Positions 9,401 to 17,294 of a stretch of DNA of 56,318 nt are shown here, piece by piece. The notes under the pieces are model-generated. The model made no database searches. It saw only the letters and a list, made by a program, of their open reading frames with translations, and was not told the DNA's origin. The position numbers were made by a program, and so were the translations under genes. This stretch comes from a virus (Duplodnaviria; Caudoviricetes): positions 1-56,318 of the IMG/VR virus record IMGVR_UViG_3300048834_000044; one strand, given 5' to 3'. Position 1 is the stretch's first letter, and the number at the start of each line of letters is the position of its first letter.

Positions 9401-9609
9401 CCGAGGAGCGCGTGCTGGCCGAGAAGTACGCGGAACTCCGAGAGCGCATGGGCGTCTTGGCAAGGTCCGGTCAGTACAACAGCGAGTACGAGGCGCTGGC
9501 TGCCCAGGCCGACGAGATCCGCAAGCGGCTCAAGACGATCGCGGACTCGTACGAGATCCTGCACCCCGAGGTCAACACGCTCGCCGCGCTGAAGGGAGGC
9601 AAGAAGTGA
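6478..9609 (+). CDS. Large polyvalent protein (1043 aa): shared module, winged-helix-like region, C-terminal papain-like toxin (Tox-PL / glutamine deamidase-like) domain
   Basis: ATG 6478 overlaps the MuF stop (TGATG). NNCVLASNAYELRRRG, GHIWNW and YDAQTG give a Cys-His-Asp triad; wHTH-like segment at ~7858-8052. Confidence 0.78.
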   Translation: MMTPSQALAAAYAEWLTTLSPVTPEMPYATNDPSQYAEGCEVVSATDEDQRRLFEMQKAALLDLETALVASALGWKDQLRIPQGNGKRSGRWTFTPWAHLDELISLIGNQPEIVVAQDRLNGYNRNNFDVRDADFNAAVAQAAKDLDGVAGAEDVQQALRDWAETDWSLFAEDSDIGRYDDTIITKKRGRWQWNEALPPETPVNPAYADWTSQRLVDRLDEIANHHTAPSPKMRRDRTEIMQELNDRKAGGETTTNWDSRVAALEPYAETGPNYIRSVADELNTAKRLKRDGRDEEAEHFLKNAETALQRAKPTPAPTPTPDAPTSIVVMKHPDAVNPSTATRNPDGSITVVLPNGRAETISGRKGMTHALIRRNGGPGKPNKYTPPAGGYFISLAGSEEKALKEGQVQVYDRTHIEVVPILDPAASTPEPKPTPDPVKQVRQKALSRIVPVDRALADPDLTDDQRAALELLAQSPDGLSESDLSERLHGGDGTLAKLDAVMKPLEGKSYVVPQRWGDSKTYLARPAEGPPLTSPRPPEIPLATEDEDRLREKDLKWDKGWRPTMKNPHDPEDINGWGDAAYDKPSSEYIALAELFQSMRNGNPQGAVSMETTLQKAADLARAAGEPGIGELLDIAKWGVENGDPTTVRTAFEQVLWQGRTTPVVATKADANWISGFGMGATSYANQVKIKRFNEWASYQAQGLETQADLHRLLKDMEANVPTAYPNDPQMARRFKSMQQKDIEAALVASEPDAAPTAAISRAYGIVDTPEWHEAINALGDKILPDAESPLYERYGTVPEERRTPQAVIKDIGKFYSIRALGNNCVLASNAYELRRRGIDAEPKQAAKGRNAEYSQRLWYRNPEFKTVEGLKGLQKKNRSKTVYKHVADHYPPGSRGTIRCGWKGRSFGHIWNWEVHEDGEVVFYDAQTGKIVPPDSSYWFDMEWDGVKTARLDNLRLLEDIEVLIEPSVKEMSAEERVLAEKYAELRERMGVLARSGQYNSEYEALAAQADEIRKRLKTIADSYEILHPEVNTLAALKGGKK

Positions 9610-9896
9610 TCGACTACATGGAGGCCCGGAAGCGGGCTGAGGAGTTCTACGGCGGCCCCGTCACCGACGACCCGATCGTCAACCCTGGCCAGAAGATCTG
9701 GCTGTTCATCCCGGTCGCCGAGGCATCCGCAGACGGCGAGAGCCTGATCGCCGTCTCCGAGGACTCCGTGTGGCAGATCGGTTCCTCGCCGGACGCGCTC
9801 GAACTGATCGGCGCTGAGATGCCGCTCGACCCCGAGACCGAGGACGAAATCGCCGGTCTCGTTGCTAGCCTTTCTGAGACCGAGGGGGTAGGATGA
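9606..9896 (+). CDS. Putative immunity protein (YrhB/Imm35-like) of the papain-like toxin
   Basis: GTGA-coupled 96-aa acidic ORF right after the toxin domain. Its IDYMEARKRAE..WLF..G..LIAV..VWQIGS pattern resembles YrhB/Imm35. Confidence 0.55.
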   Translation: MIDYMEARKRAEEFYGGPVTDDPIVNPGQKIWLFIPVAEASADGESLIAVSEDSVWQIGSSPDALELIGAEMPLDPETEDEIAGLVASLSETEGVG

Positions 9897-12800
9897 CCTC
9901 CGTGGACGCAACCTGGTGGGGGCCGATCGGCCTCGAAGGTCAGAAGACCGGCGACGGTCGTACGATCGAACTGAACGCGCTCACCTGGGGCGAGTTCCCG
10001 CTCCCGCTGCGGTGGGCTCCCGAGGACTACGGTGCCCACGACGGGGCCAAGGTGGTCGGTCGCATCCTCGGCATCAGCCGGGACAAGGACGGTCGGCTCA
10101 TCGGCTTCGGCGACTTCGACATGGACAGCGAGCACGGTCGCGAGGCTCAGCGCCACGTCACGAAGGGCCTGACGCCCGGAGTCTCGATGGACCTCGACGA
10201 CATCCTGCTCACCGAGAGCGAGGACGGCCAGGACCTCACCATCACCCAGGGCCGCGTCCGAGGCGCGACTCTCGTTGCGATCCCTGCGTTCGCGGACGCC
10301 CGGCTGTCCAGCATCGACGTCTCGACGCTGGCCGACGAGCCGACCGACCCCACCCAGGAGACGCCGGAAGCCGATGTGGCTGAGGCAGTCTCACTGGCCG
10401 TCGCCGACAGCGCGGAGACGGCGACCTTCAACTGGGTCGAGGACGCGGGCGGTCTCCCCAAGTACGTCAAGCGGATCGCCACGCACCTGAAGGCGAAGGG
10501 CATGGACGAGAGCCACGCGATCGCCGTGGCTGTCAACGTGGTCAAGAAGATGTGCGCCTCCGGCGACGTCAACTTCCCCGGTGCCCAGCAGGTCAACGCC
10601 AAGAGCCGCGCCGAGGCGTGCGCCGCCGTGGCCGAGTGGGAGGCGAAGAAGGCCAAGGCGAAGGTGAGCGGCGCGGACACCGAGCCGTTCAGCCTCACGG
10701 CTGCTGCGTACCCGCGCTCGTTCTTCGACAACCCCGGCCTGTCCGCGCCAACGCCGCTGACGGTGGACGACGACGGGCACGTCTACGGCCACATCGCCCT
10801 GTGGGGCACCTGCCACATCGGCTTCAAGGGCTGCACGCAGCCCCCCAACAGCCCCAGCAACTACGCGTACTTCAACACGCACGAGGTCACAACCGACGAC
10901 GGCCGCCGCGTCGCCGTCGGTCGCCTCACGATGAACACTCTCCATGCAGGACAGCGCCTTTCGGCGAACGACACCGTGTACCACTACGAGCACACGGGCG
11001 CTGTTGGCGCGTACGTCCGCGCTGGCGAGGACCAGCACGGCATCTGGGTTTCCGGTGTGGCGCATCCGAAGGCGGACATCGACGCCCTCCGGGCCGCCCC
11101 GGTCTCTGGCGACTGGCGGCGCATCGGCTCCGGCCTCGAACTCGTCGGGCTGCTCTCTGTCAACGTGCCGGGCTTCCCGGTGCCTCGTCCGCAAGCCCTT
11201 GTGGCGTCTGGAGAAGTCATGAGCCTGGTCGCAGGTGGGATGAACACGACGGAGCGTCGCACGACGCTCGCGATCGAGCGCGTCAAGGCGATGGTCTTCG
11301 GCTACAACAAGGACCAGTGGCGCGTCCCGAAGGGCAACGGGGAGATCAGCGGTCGCTGGGTGGACATGCCCGACGTCAGCCTGACGGCGCTGATGGACAC
11401 GCTGATGGACCTCGCCGACCGTGGCGTGATCGGCGAGGACCGCGCGCCCGACATCGGCGAGGCGATGGACAAGGCGCAGGAGGCCAGCAGCCGCATCACC
11501 GCTGCGATCGAGGCGGCTGACGGTGACGGCGCGCGAGCGGCTGCCGAGGAGGCCAGCGAGCACCTGAGTCTCGTTGAGGCGCAACTGCAGGACCTCGCCG
11601 ACAACGGCGACGGCCTGAGCGAGGACGAGATGACGAACCTGGGTGAGCGGCTCACCGAGGCTCGCGACTCCGTGGATCTCGTCAAGGACAGCGACCTCTC
11701 GCTCCTGGGCGACGAGGGCATCGGCGGCGACGACCCGACCGGCGACATCGGTGCCGACGAGCCCGAGATCGGCGACGTGGACACCCCGGCACCCGGCGAC
11801 GACGACTCCGGCAAGGAGGCGATCTGGAAGGGCTTCGAGGACTCGTACCTCCAGAACGCTGACCCCGAGGAGGACGTCAACCCCGACACCCTGCGGGAGC
11901 AGTACGACGCCGACATCGCGGCGGGCAGTACGCCCGAGGAAGCGATCGCCAACGTCGCAAAGACCGTGCAGGACAACAGGAACCCCGGAACGCCGGATGC
12001 CCGAGAGGCGGCTCGGGAGGCGATCTCTCAGGACTCCGAGGGTCCGATCGACATCGAGAACGTCTCGGGCGACATCATCGACTTCGCCAAGGACGCCGAC
12101 CTCTCCCCAGCACAGGTTCTCGATGAGGCCCTTGACCTCTGGATCGGCGGCGAGTCGTCCGGCTGGAAGGACCTGGACCGCGTCTTCGACATGGCGGAGG
12201 CCAACGAGTTGTCTCCCCAGGAGTTGAAGGACGCCTTGGGCCTCAGCGACTCTCCGGCGACCCCCGACGTCCCGGATGCCGACGTCCCCGACGTGCCCAA
12301 GGGCTCCATCGACTTCGAGGGTGTCAACCCGGACGGCACCATCCCCGAGAGCGACAACGAGAACGACTGGCCGGAGGCGGAAGTCCTTCACACCCTTCCT
12401 GTCGGCTCCGTGGTCTCCGACGACTCCGGCTACGAGTTCACCAAGACCGCCTTGGGGGAGTGGGAGGTCTCGAAGGAGGGACCGTCTGCGGCTGAAGACG
12501 ATCTCCCTCTTGGCACCCCGATCACGGAGCAGGACGTCCTGGCGGGTGGCGACTCGGTGCTGGCTGTCAAGAGCGTTGGCCCCGATCAGCGCTCGGCCGA
12601 CGCGCCCAACTCCGATGCGCCAGAAGCACCTTCGAACGGCGACATCCTTCCGCTGGGGCATGGCGAGCCCGCCCCGGACGACGACGGGCCGAAGGGGGGA
12701 GAGCGGCCTGCAACTCCGCAGGAGAAGGAGGCTGCTGCCAGCGCGTCCAAGGCCGTGAAGGCGCTGGATCGCTTGGTGGACAAGATCGACATGAGCCGGG

Positions 12801-13075
12801 ACGAGCGCTTCACGCTCTACCGCATCATCGGTGCCGTGGGCGGCCTGGCGGACGGTCTCAAGTACGACTTCCCGGTCGAGCGTGACACCGAGATGATCCA
12901 GGAAGCGTGGGCAGCCATGCAGAGTGTGGACATCCAGGACCCCAAGGTACAGAAGGCGTTTGACAAGGTCATGGACGAGGCCAGGAACATGCTGTCGTTG
13001 TACGACATCGAACTGGCCGACCCGCGCGCTCTCACCGAGCCGCCCTTCCACGGCGAGATCGTCATCACGCTCTGA
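9893..13075 (+). CDS. Capsid maturation protease with helical insert, second protease-like domain, shared module and acidic C-terminal extension
   Basis: EGQKTGDGR..ATLVAIPAF N-domain and FFDNPGLSAPTPLTV..GHIALWGTCH..SGDWR..LELVGLLSVNVPGFP domain; located just before the capsid gene. Confidence 0.82.
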   Translation: MTSVDATWWGPIGLEGQKTGDGRTIELNALTWGEFPLPLRWAPEDYGAHDGAKVVGRILGISRDKDGRLIGFGDFDMDSEHGREAQRHVTKGLTPGVSMDLDDILLTESEDGQDLTITQGRVRGATLVAIPAFADARLSSIDVSTLADEPTDPTQETPEADVAEAVSLAVADSAETATFNWVEDAGGLPKYVKRIATHLKAKGMDESHAIAVAVNVVKKMCASGDVNFPGAQQVNAKSRAEACAAVAEWEAKKAKAKVSGADTEPFSLTAAAYPRSFFDNPGLSAPTPLTVDDDGHVYGHIALWGTCHIGFKGCTQPPNSPSNYAYFNTHEVTTDDGRRVAVGRLTMNTLHAGQRLSANDTVYHYEHTGAVGAYVRAGEDQHGIWVSGVAHPKADIDALRAAPVSGDWRRIGSGLELVGLLSVNVPGFPVPRPQALVASGEVMSLVAGGMNTTERRTTLAIERVKAMVFGYNKDQWRVPKGNGEISGRWVDMPDVSLTALMDTLMDLADRGVIGEDRAPDIGEAMDKAQEASSRITAAIEAADGDGARAAAEEASEHLSLVEAQLQDLADNGDGLSEDEMTNLGERLTEARDSVDLVKDSDLSLLGDEGIGGDDPTGDIGADEPEIGDVDTPAPGDDDSGKEAIWKGFEDSYLQNADPEEDVNPDTLREQYDADIAAGSTPEEAIANVAKTVQDNRNPGTPDAREAAREAISQDSEGPIDIENVSGDIIDFAKDADLSPAQVLDEALDLWIGGESSGWKDLDRVFDMAEANELSPQELKDALGLSDSPATPDVPDADVPDVPKGSIDFEGVNPDGTIPESDNENDWPEAEVLHTLPVGSVVSDDSGYEFTKTALGEWEVSKEGPSAAEDDLPLGTPITEQDVLAGGDSVLAVKSVGPDQRSADAPNSDAPEAPSNGDILPLGHGEPAPDDDGPKGGERPATPQEKEAAASASKAVKALDRLVDKIDMSRDERFTLYRIIGAVGGLADGLKYDFPVERDTEMIQEAWAAMQSVDIQDPKVQKAFDKVMDEARNMLSLYDIELADPRALTEPPFHGEIVITL

Positions 13076-13092
13076 CGCACCGACGCAGATCC

Positions 13093-13121
13093 TTGCGTTT
13101 CCAACAACTTCATGATACGAT
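13093..13121 (+). promoter_or_regulatory. Putative capsid promoter TTGCGT-N17-(TGA)TACGAT
   Basis: Canonical spacing with an extended -10; intergenic; SD AAGGAGG at 13165-13171. Confidence 0.65.
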
Positions 13122-13178
13122 CGCAGTGAACGCCGCTGGCGCATGGGCCGGGCAGACCACTTCCAAGGAGGAAGTCTG

Positions 13179-14915
13179 ATGTCCGGCAAGAAGAATCAGA
13201 TCGTGATCCCCGAGGACCTGGCGACGCTCAGCGACCAGGACCTCACCGCGCTGCACGACCAGGCCGTCGAGGTCTTCAAGACCCTCATCCCTTCCGAGGG
13301 CGAGGCTCCGACCGACGAGGGCCTGCAGGCGCTCAACGTCCTCGCCGAGGGCATCGAGGCGCTGAAGGCCGAGGTCTCCACCCGCGAGGCCGCTGCCCTG
13401 GCGCGCAAGGAGTCCGTGGCGGCCCTGGCGCAGCGCGTCATGCCGACCCCGGCCGACACCGGCGAGGCCGAGGCCGAGCCGGACCCCGAGGACCCCGAGG
13501 AGGACAAGGAGAAGGAGGACGACGCGGCCGAGGCCGTCGTCGCTGCCGCCTCCCGTCCCGTCCGGCGTCGTCGCCGCCCCCCGATCAACATCGACGTCGC
13601 CAGCCTGGCGAAGAAGGACGTGACCCCCGTGTCCGAGACCCAGGAGCCCAAGGCTCCCAAGACCATCGGCTTCGCGGCGCAGGGAGCCACCGGCTTCGAC
13701 GTCGGCAAGCCGCTCACCACGCTCGACATGGCCAAGGCGATCAACAGCCGTCTCGCGGGCTTCAACCCGGCGGCCTACTCGCTCGCGGCTCAGCGCGGCG
13801 TCCGGCAGTCGGAGCGCTTCGCGATCGCGCGCCTGGTCCGCGAGTTCCCCGAGGACATGATCGTCCAGTCCGAGGACCCGCGCACCGCGATCGACGCGGC
13901 GATCGACCAGAGCCGTCTCCAGGGCCAGTCTCTCGTCGCCTCCGGCGGCTGGTGCAGCCCGTCCGAGACGCTCTACGACCTGATCGACATCTCCGAGGCC
14001 GCGAACCTGCTCTCGCTGCCGGAGATCCAGGTCAACCGTGGCGGCGTCCGTCACGCGCTCGGGCCGGACTACGCGTCCATCTTCACCGACACCGGCTTCT
14101 GCTACACCGAGGCCGAGGACATCGCGGGCGACTACGACGGCGAGGGTGCGGGCTCGAAGCCCTGCTTCCACGTCGAGTGCTTCGACTTCACCGACGTCCG
14201 GCTCGGCTACTGCGGCGTGTGCGTCACGGCGGGCATGCTGCAGCAGCGCGGCTACCCCGAGGCGATCGAGGTCACCATCGGCGCGGTTCTCAACGCGCAC
14301 ATGCACCGCGTGTCGGCGTTGGTCATCAACGACGTCGTCGCCGGTTCGACCGCGATCACCTGGGGAGGCACCCCGCAGGCCGGTGCGACCGCGCCGCTCC
14401 TGACCGCGATCGACATGCAGGCCATGCACCTGCGGGCGTCGAACCGCATGCGGGACGACGCGGTCCTGGAGGTCGTGCTCCCGACGTGGAGCAAGGCCGT
14501 CATCCGCGCCGACCTCGCGCGCCGTCTCGGCGTGGACCTGCTGTCGGTCTCCGACGCTCGCATCGCGGGCTTCTTCGCCGACCGCAACGTCAACGTCCAG
14601 TACGTCGTGGACTGGCAGGACATCGCGGCCACGGCCAAGGCGTCGTTCGTCGCCCCGCCGACCTCGGTCAAGTTCCTGCTGTACCCGGCGGGCACCTGGG
14701 TCAAGGGCGTCACGGACTCGATCACGCTGGAGAACATCTACGACTCCACGCTGCTTGGGACCAACGACTACACCGCGCTGTTCACCGAGGACCCGTACCT
14801 CGTCCTCAAGCGCATCGCCGACTCGCGCGTCGTGACCGTCGCCGTCGAGGCGACCGGCAACACGCACATCGGTTCGGAGATCGCGGCGAACGGCACCTAC
14901 ACCCCCGCCGCCTGA
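13179..14915 (+). CDS. Major capsid (hexamer-type) protein with N-terminal scaffold/delta-like region
   Basis: Strong SD before ATG 13179. A helical acidic N-terminus precedes SLVASGGWCSPSETLYD and LSLPEIQVNRGGV, as in cluster-B-like actinophage capsids; very strong codon bias. Confidence 0.88.
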   Translation: MSGKKNQIVIPEDLATLSDQDLTALHDQAVEVFKTLIPSEGEAPTDEGLQALNVLAEGIEALKAEVSTREAAALARKESVAALAQRVMPTPADTGEAEAEPDPEDPEEDKEKEDDAAEAVVAAASRPVRRRRRPPINIDVASLAKKDVTPVSETQEPKAPKTIGFAAQGATGFDVGKPLTTLDMAKAINSRLAGFNPAAYSLAAQRGVRQSERFAIARLVREFPEDMIVQSEDPRTAIDAAIDQSRLQGQSLVASGGWCSPSETLYDLIDISEAANLLSLPEIQVNRGGVRHALGPDYASIFTDTGFCYTEAEDIAGDYDGEGAGSKPCFHVECFDFTDVRLGYCGVCVTAGMLQQRGYPEAIEVTIGAVLNAHMHRVSALVINDVVAGSTAITWGGTPQAGATAPLLTAIDMQAMHLRASNRMRDDAVLEVVLPTWSKAVIRADLARRLGVDLLSVSDARIAGFFADRNVNVQYVVDWQDIAATAKASFVAPPTSVKFLLYPAGTWVKGVTDSITLENIYDSTLLGTNDYTALFTEDPYLVLKRIADSRVVTVAVEATGNTHIGSEIAANGTYTPAA

Positions 14916-14923
14916 CCCACACC

Positions 14924-14960
14924 GGCTGGGGTGGCGGCTGACTCAGTCGCCACCCCAGCC
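14924..14960 (+). terminator. Strong hairpin after the major capsid gene (attenuator or terminator, no U-tract)
   Basis: GGCTGGGGTGGCGGCTG-act-CAGTCGCCACCCCAGCC forms a 17-bp stem with one G-U pair. Confidence 0.7.
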
Positions 14961-14977
14961 CGAACCGGAAGGTAGAC

Positions 14978-15736
14978 ATGGCAACCTACGCACCGCCTCA
15001 GGCGGTTGACGGCCCGCCGAGGGAGGCACTGCCCTTCGGGCTGTTCTCGACCTTCTCCTTCCGGCCGCCCACGGTCATGGAGCGGTGGGAGAACGGCGTT
15101 GAGTGGGAAGCGATCTCGTGCGACCCCGCCTACGTCCTGGAGCCCGACTGCGAGGACCCGCCCAGCAACTCATACACCACATGCCTTCGCGGCGAGGCGG
15201 CAGGCTTCCTCGTCGTCTCCGGCCAGCGCTCCGGCCTCCCCGGCGGCCGGGCCGACCTGCGCACCGAGGAGCAGGCAGTCGCCCGTCTCCTTGCAACCGA
15301 GGAAGTCTCGGTCGAGGGCCAGATCTGGAGCGCGCTGGTCGCCACGCCGGTCCCCGACATCGACGACCTCACGGCCACGGATCTCCATGACGCTCTTGCC
15401 CAAGCGGAGCAGTACATGGCTGACACCTACGGCTCGCGTGGGACGATCCACATGAGCCGTAGGGCTGCATCGCTTCTCGGCGGTGACAAGGTGACTCCGT
15501 CCGGCTCGCGGCTGCTCACTCTGCTCGGGACGCCGGTCGCGGCCGGTGGAGGGTACGGCTCGGACGATCCGTTGAAGATCATGGTGTCTCCGCCGGTCTT
15601 CGGCTACCGGGGCGCGGTGCAGACCGTGAACCTCATCGACCCCAAGACCAACGACGCCTACTCCCTCGCGCAGCGGGCGTACACGATCGGCTGGGACCCC
15701 TGTCCCATCGCCTCCATCACCATCGACACACCGTAA
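14978..15736 (+). CDS. Second capsid protein (pentamer-type)
   Basis: 252 aa following the major capsid gene, with GLFS, RWENGVEW and GTPVAAGGGY motifs as in cluster-B-like phages. Confidence 0.72.
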   Translation: MATYAPPQAVDGPPREALPFGLFSTFSFRPPTVMERWENGVEWEAISCDPAYVLEPDCEDPPSNSYTTCLRGEAAGFLVVSGQRSGLPGGRADLRTEEQAVARLLATEEVSVEGQIWSALVATPVPDIDDLTATDLHDALAQAEQYMADTYGSRGTIHMSRRAASLLGGDKVTPSGSRLLTLLGTPVAAGGGYGSDDPLKIMVSPPVFGYRGAVQTVNLIDPKTNDAYSLAQRAYTIGWDPCPIASITIDTP

Positions 15737-15752
15737 GGGAAAGGATCCAGCA

Positions 15753-16454
15753 ATGGCAACGACCTGCTTCAAGCCGGTCTTCGGCAAGCGTGTCCGGCTG
15801 ACCAGGCTCGACGCCTGCGGCGTGCCGGTGGCGGTCGGCGACACCACCGAGTGCATCGAGGTCGTCAGCGACGGCTTCATCACTCTCACGCTGTCCTCGG
15901 AGACCGAGGAGGGCACCGAGATCACGCAGAAGAACGCGTCCGGCGCAGTCTGCATCTCGCAGAAGGCCCCCGACTCGTTCAAGCGGTTCACGCTGGAGAT
16001 GGAGTTCTGCGGGGTGGACCCGTACCTCCTGTCCTTCATGACCAACATGGACCCCTACCTGGACGGCACCGACGTCATCGGCGCGGTCGCCTACGAGGGC
16101 GTCGTGGACGACAAGTTCGCGCTCGAACTCTGGACCGGCCTGGCCGGGCAGGCGTGCGAGGCCGGTGCCGAGGAGGCCAGCGGCTACCTCCTGCTGCCCT
16201 TCGTCAACGCGGGCGTCCTGGGGGACATCGAGGTCACCGGGGAGGACGCGGTGACGTTCTCGGTCCAGGGTGCCTACACGGTGTCCGGCCACGCCTGGGG
16301 CGTCGGCCCGTACGACGTGGTCCTGGACGAGACCGATGCTCCGGCTCCGCTCCCGACTCCGCTGGAGCCGGACCAGCCGCTGCTCATCATCGAGACCGGC
16401 ATGGCCCCGCCCCCGGCCGCGTGCGGCTGCTCGACGATGGGCTCGATGGGCTGA
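15753..16454 (+). CDS. Major tail protein
   Basis: RVRLTRLDACG, FCGVDP, FALELW and GYLLLPFV motifs; strong codon bias; followed by a hairpin. Confidence 0.85.
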   Translation: MATTCFKPVFGKRVRLTRLDACGVPVAVGDTTECIEVVSDGFITLTLSSETEEGTEITQKNASGAVCISQKAPDSFKRFTLEMEFCGVDPYLLSFMTNMDPYLDGTDVIGAVAYEGVVDDKFALELWTGLAGQACEAGAEEASGYLLLPFVNAGVLGDIEVTGEDAVTFSVQGAYTVSGHAWGVGPYDVVLDETDAPAPLPTPLEPDQPLLIIETGMAPPPAACGCSTMGSMG

Positions 16455-16489
16455 CGAACGTTCCCTTCGGAGCGAAGCGGATCGGAAGG

Positions 16490-16524
16490 ACAGCGGTCCC
16501 AGGTCTGGGACCTGGGACCGCTGT
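16490..16524 (+). terminator. Perfect 16-bp hairpin after the major tail gene
   Basis: ACAGCGGTCCCAGGTC-tgg-GACCTGGGACCGCTGT. Confidence 0.72.
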
Positions 16525-16547
16525 TCTGATCAGAGGGAAGGGAAGAC

Positions 16548-17294
16548 ATGGACTGCGACTGGCCGGTCTCGTACGCGGCTTGCGACGAGGAGTCGCTGCC
16601 GGACGACATGACCACCTTCGAGGACATGGCGATCGAGTTCCTCTGGCGCTGGACCGGCAAGCAGTTCGGCGAGTGCCCTGTCACCTTCCGGCCGTGCCGC
16701 CAGGACTGCCTCGGCGGCACGAAGATCGACGTGCCCTTTGGCGGCGGCCGGTGGATCATCGGCACGGTCGCATGCGGCACCTGCCGTGACGCCTGCGGCT
16801 GCACGACCGGCTCGATCCTCCGGCTCGACAAGCGTGCGACCTCCATCACGGAGATCGAGATCGACGGAGAGATCCTGGACCCGGACGCCTACCGGCTGGA
16901 CGACGGCTGGCTCCTGGTGCGGCAGGACGGTGGCCAGTGGCCCTACTGCCAGGACCTCGGACTCCCGGCCGGAGAGCCCGGAACGTGGTCTGTCACAGCC
17001 ACTTACGGCTCCCCCGTGCCGATCGGCGGCCAGGTCGCGGCGGGCAAGTTGGCCCTCGAACTCCAGAAGGCCGCATGCGGCGCATCGGGTTGCGAACTGC
17101 CGAAGCGCTGGACCAACATCGCTCGCCAGGGCGTCACGATCTCGGCTGCCCTGGACACCTACGACGACATCGAGAAGGGTCGCACCGGAATCTGGATCGT
17201 GGACTCTTGGGTCACGTCAGTCACCAAGGCGGACATCGGCTTCTCGGTCGCGAGCCCTGACCTCCGGCCGGTGGGGCGTACGACGTGGACGTGA
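16548..17294 (+). CDS. Head-to-tail adaptor
   Basis: LWRWTGKQFGECPVTFRPC, YRLDDG, WPYCQD and RQGVT motifs typical of actinophage adaptors. Confidence 0.78.
   Translation: MDCDWPVSYAACDEESLPDDMTTFEDMAIEFLWRWTGKQFGECPVTFRPCRQDCLGGTKIDVPFGGGRWIIGTVACGTCRDACGCTTGSILRLDKRATSITEIEIDGEILDPDAYRLDDGWLLVRQDGGQWPYCQDLGLPAGEPGTWSVTATYGSPVPIGGQVAAGKLALELQKAACGASGCELPKRWTNIARQGVTISAALDTYDDIEKGRTGIWIVDSWVTSVTKADIGFSVASPDLRPVGRTTWT

Noticed and set aside
10391-13189. Long antisense ORFs (932 aa here; also 7519-9564, 13110-14867, 20971-24150, 33504-35318, 40523-42031)
   Set aside because: These are shadow ORFs typical of high-GC coding DNA, lying opposite well-supported genes.
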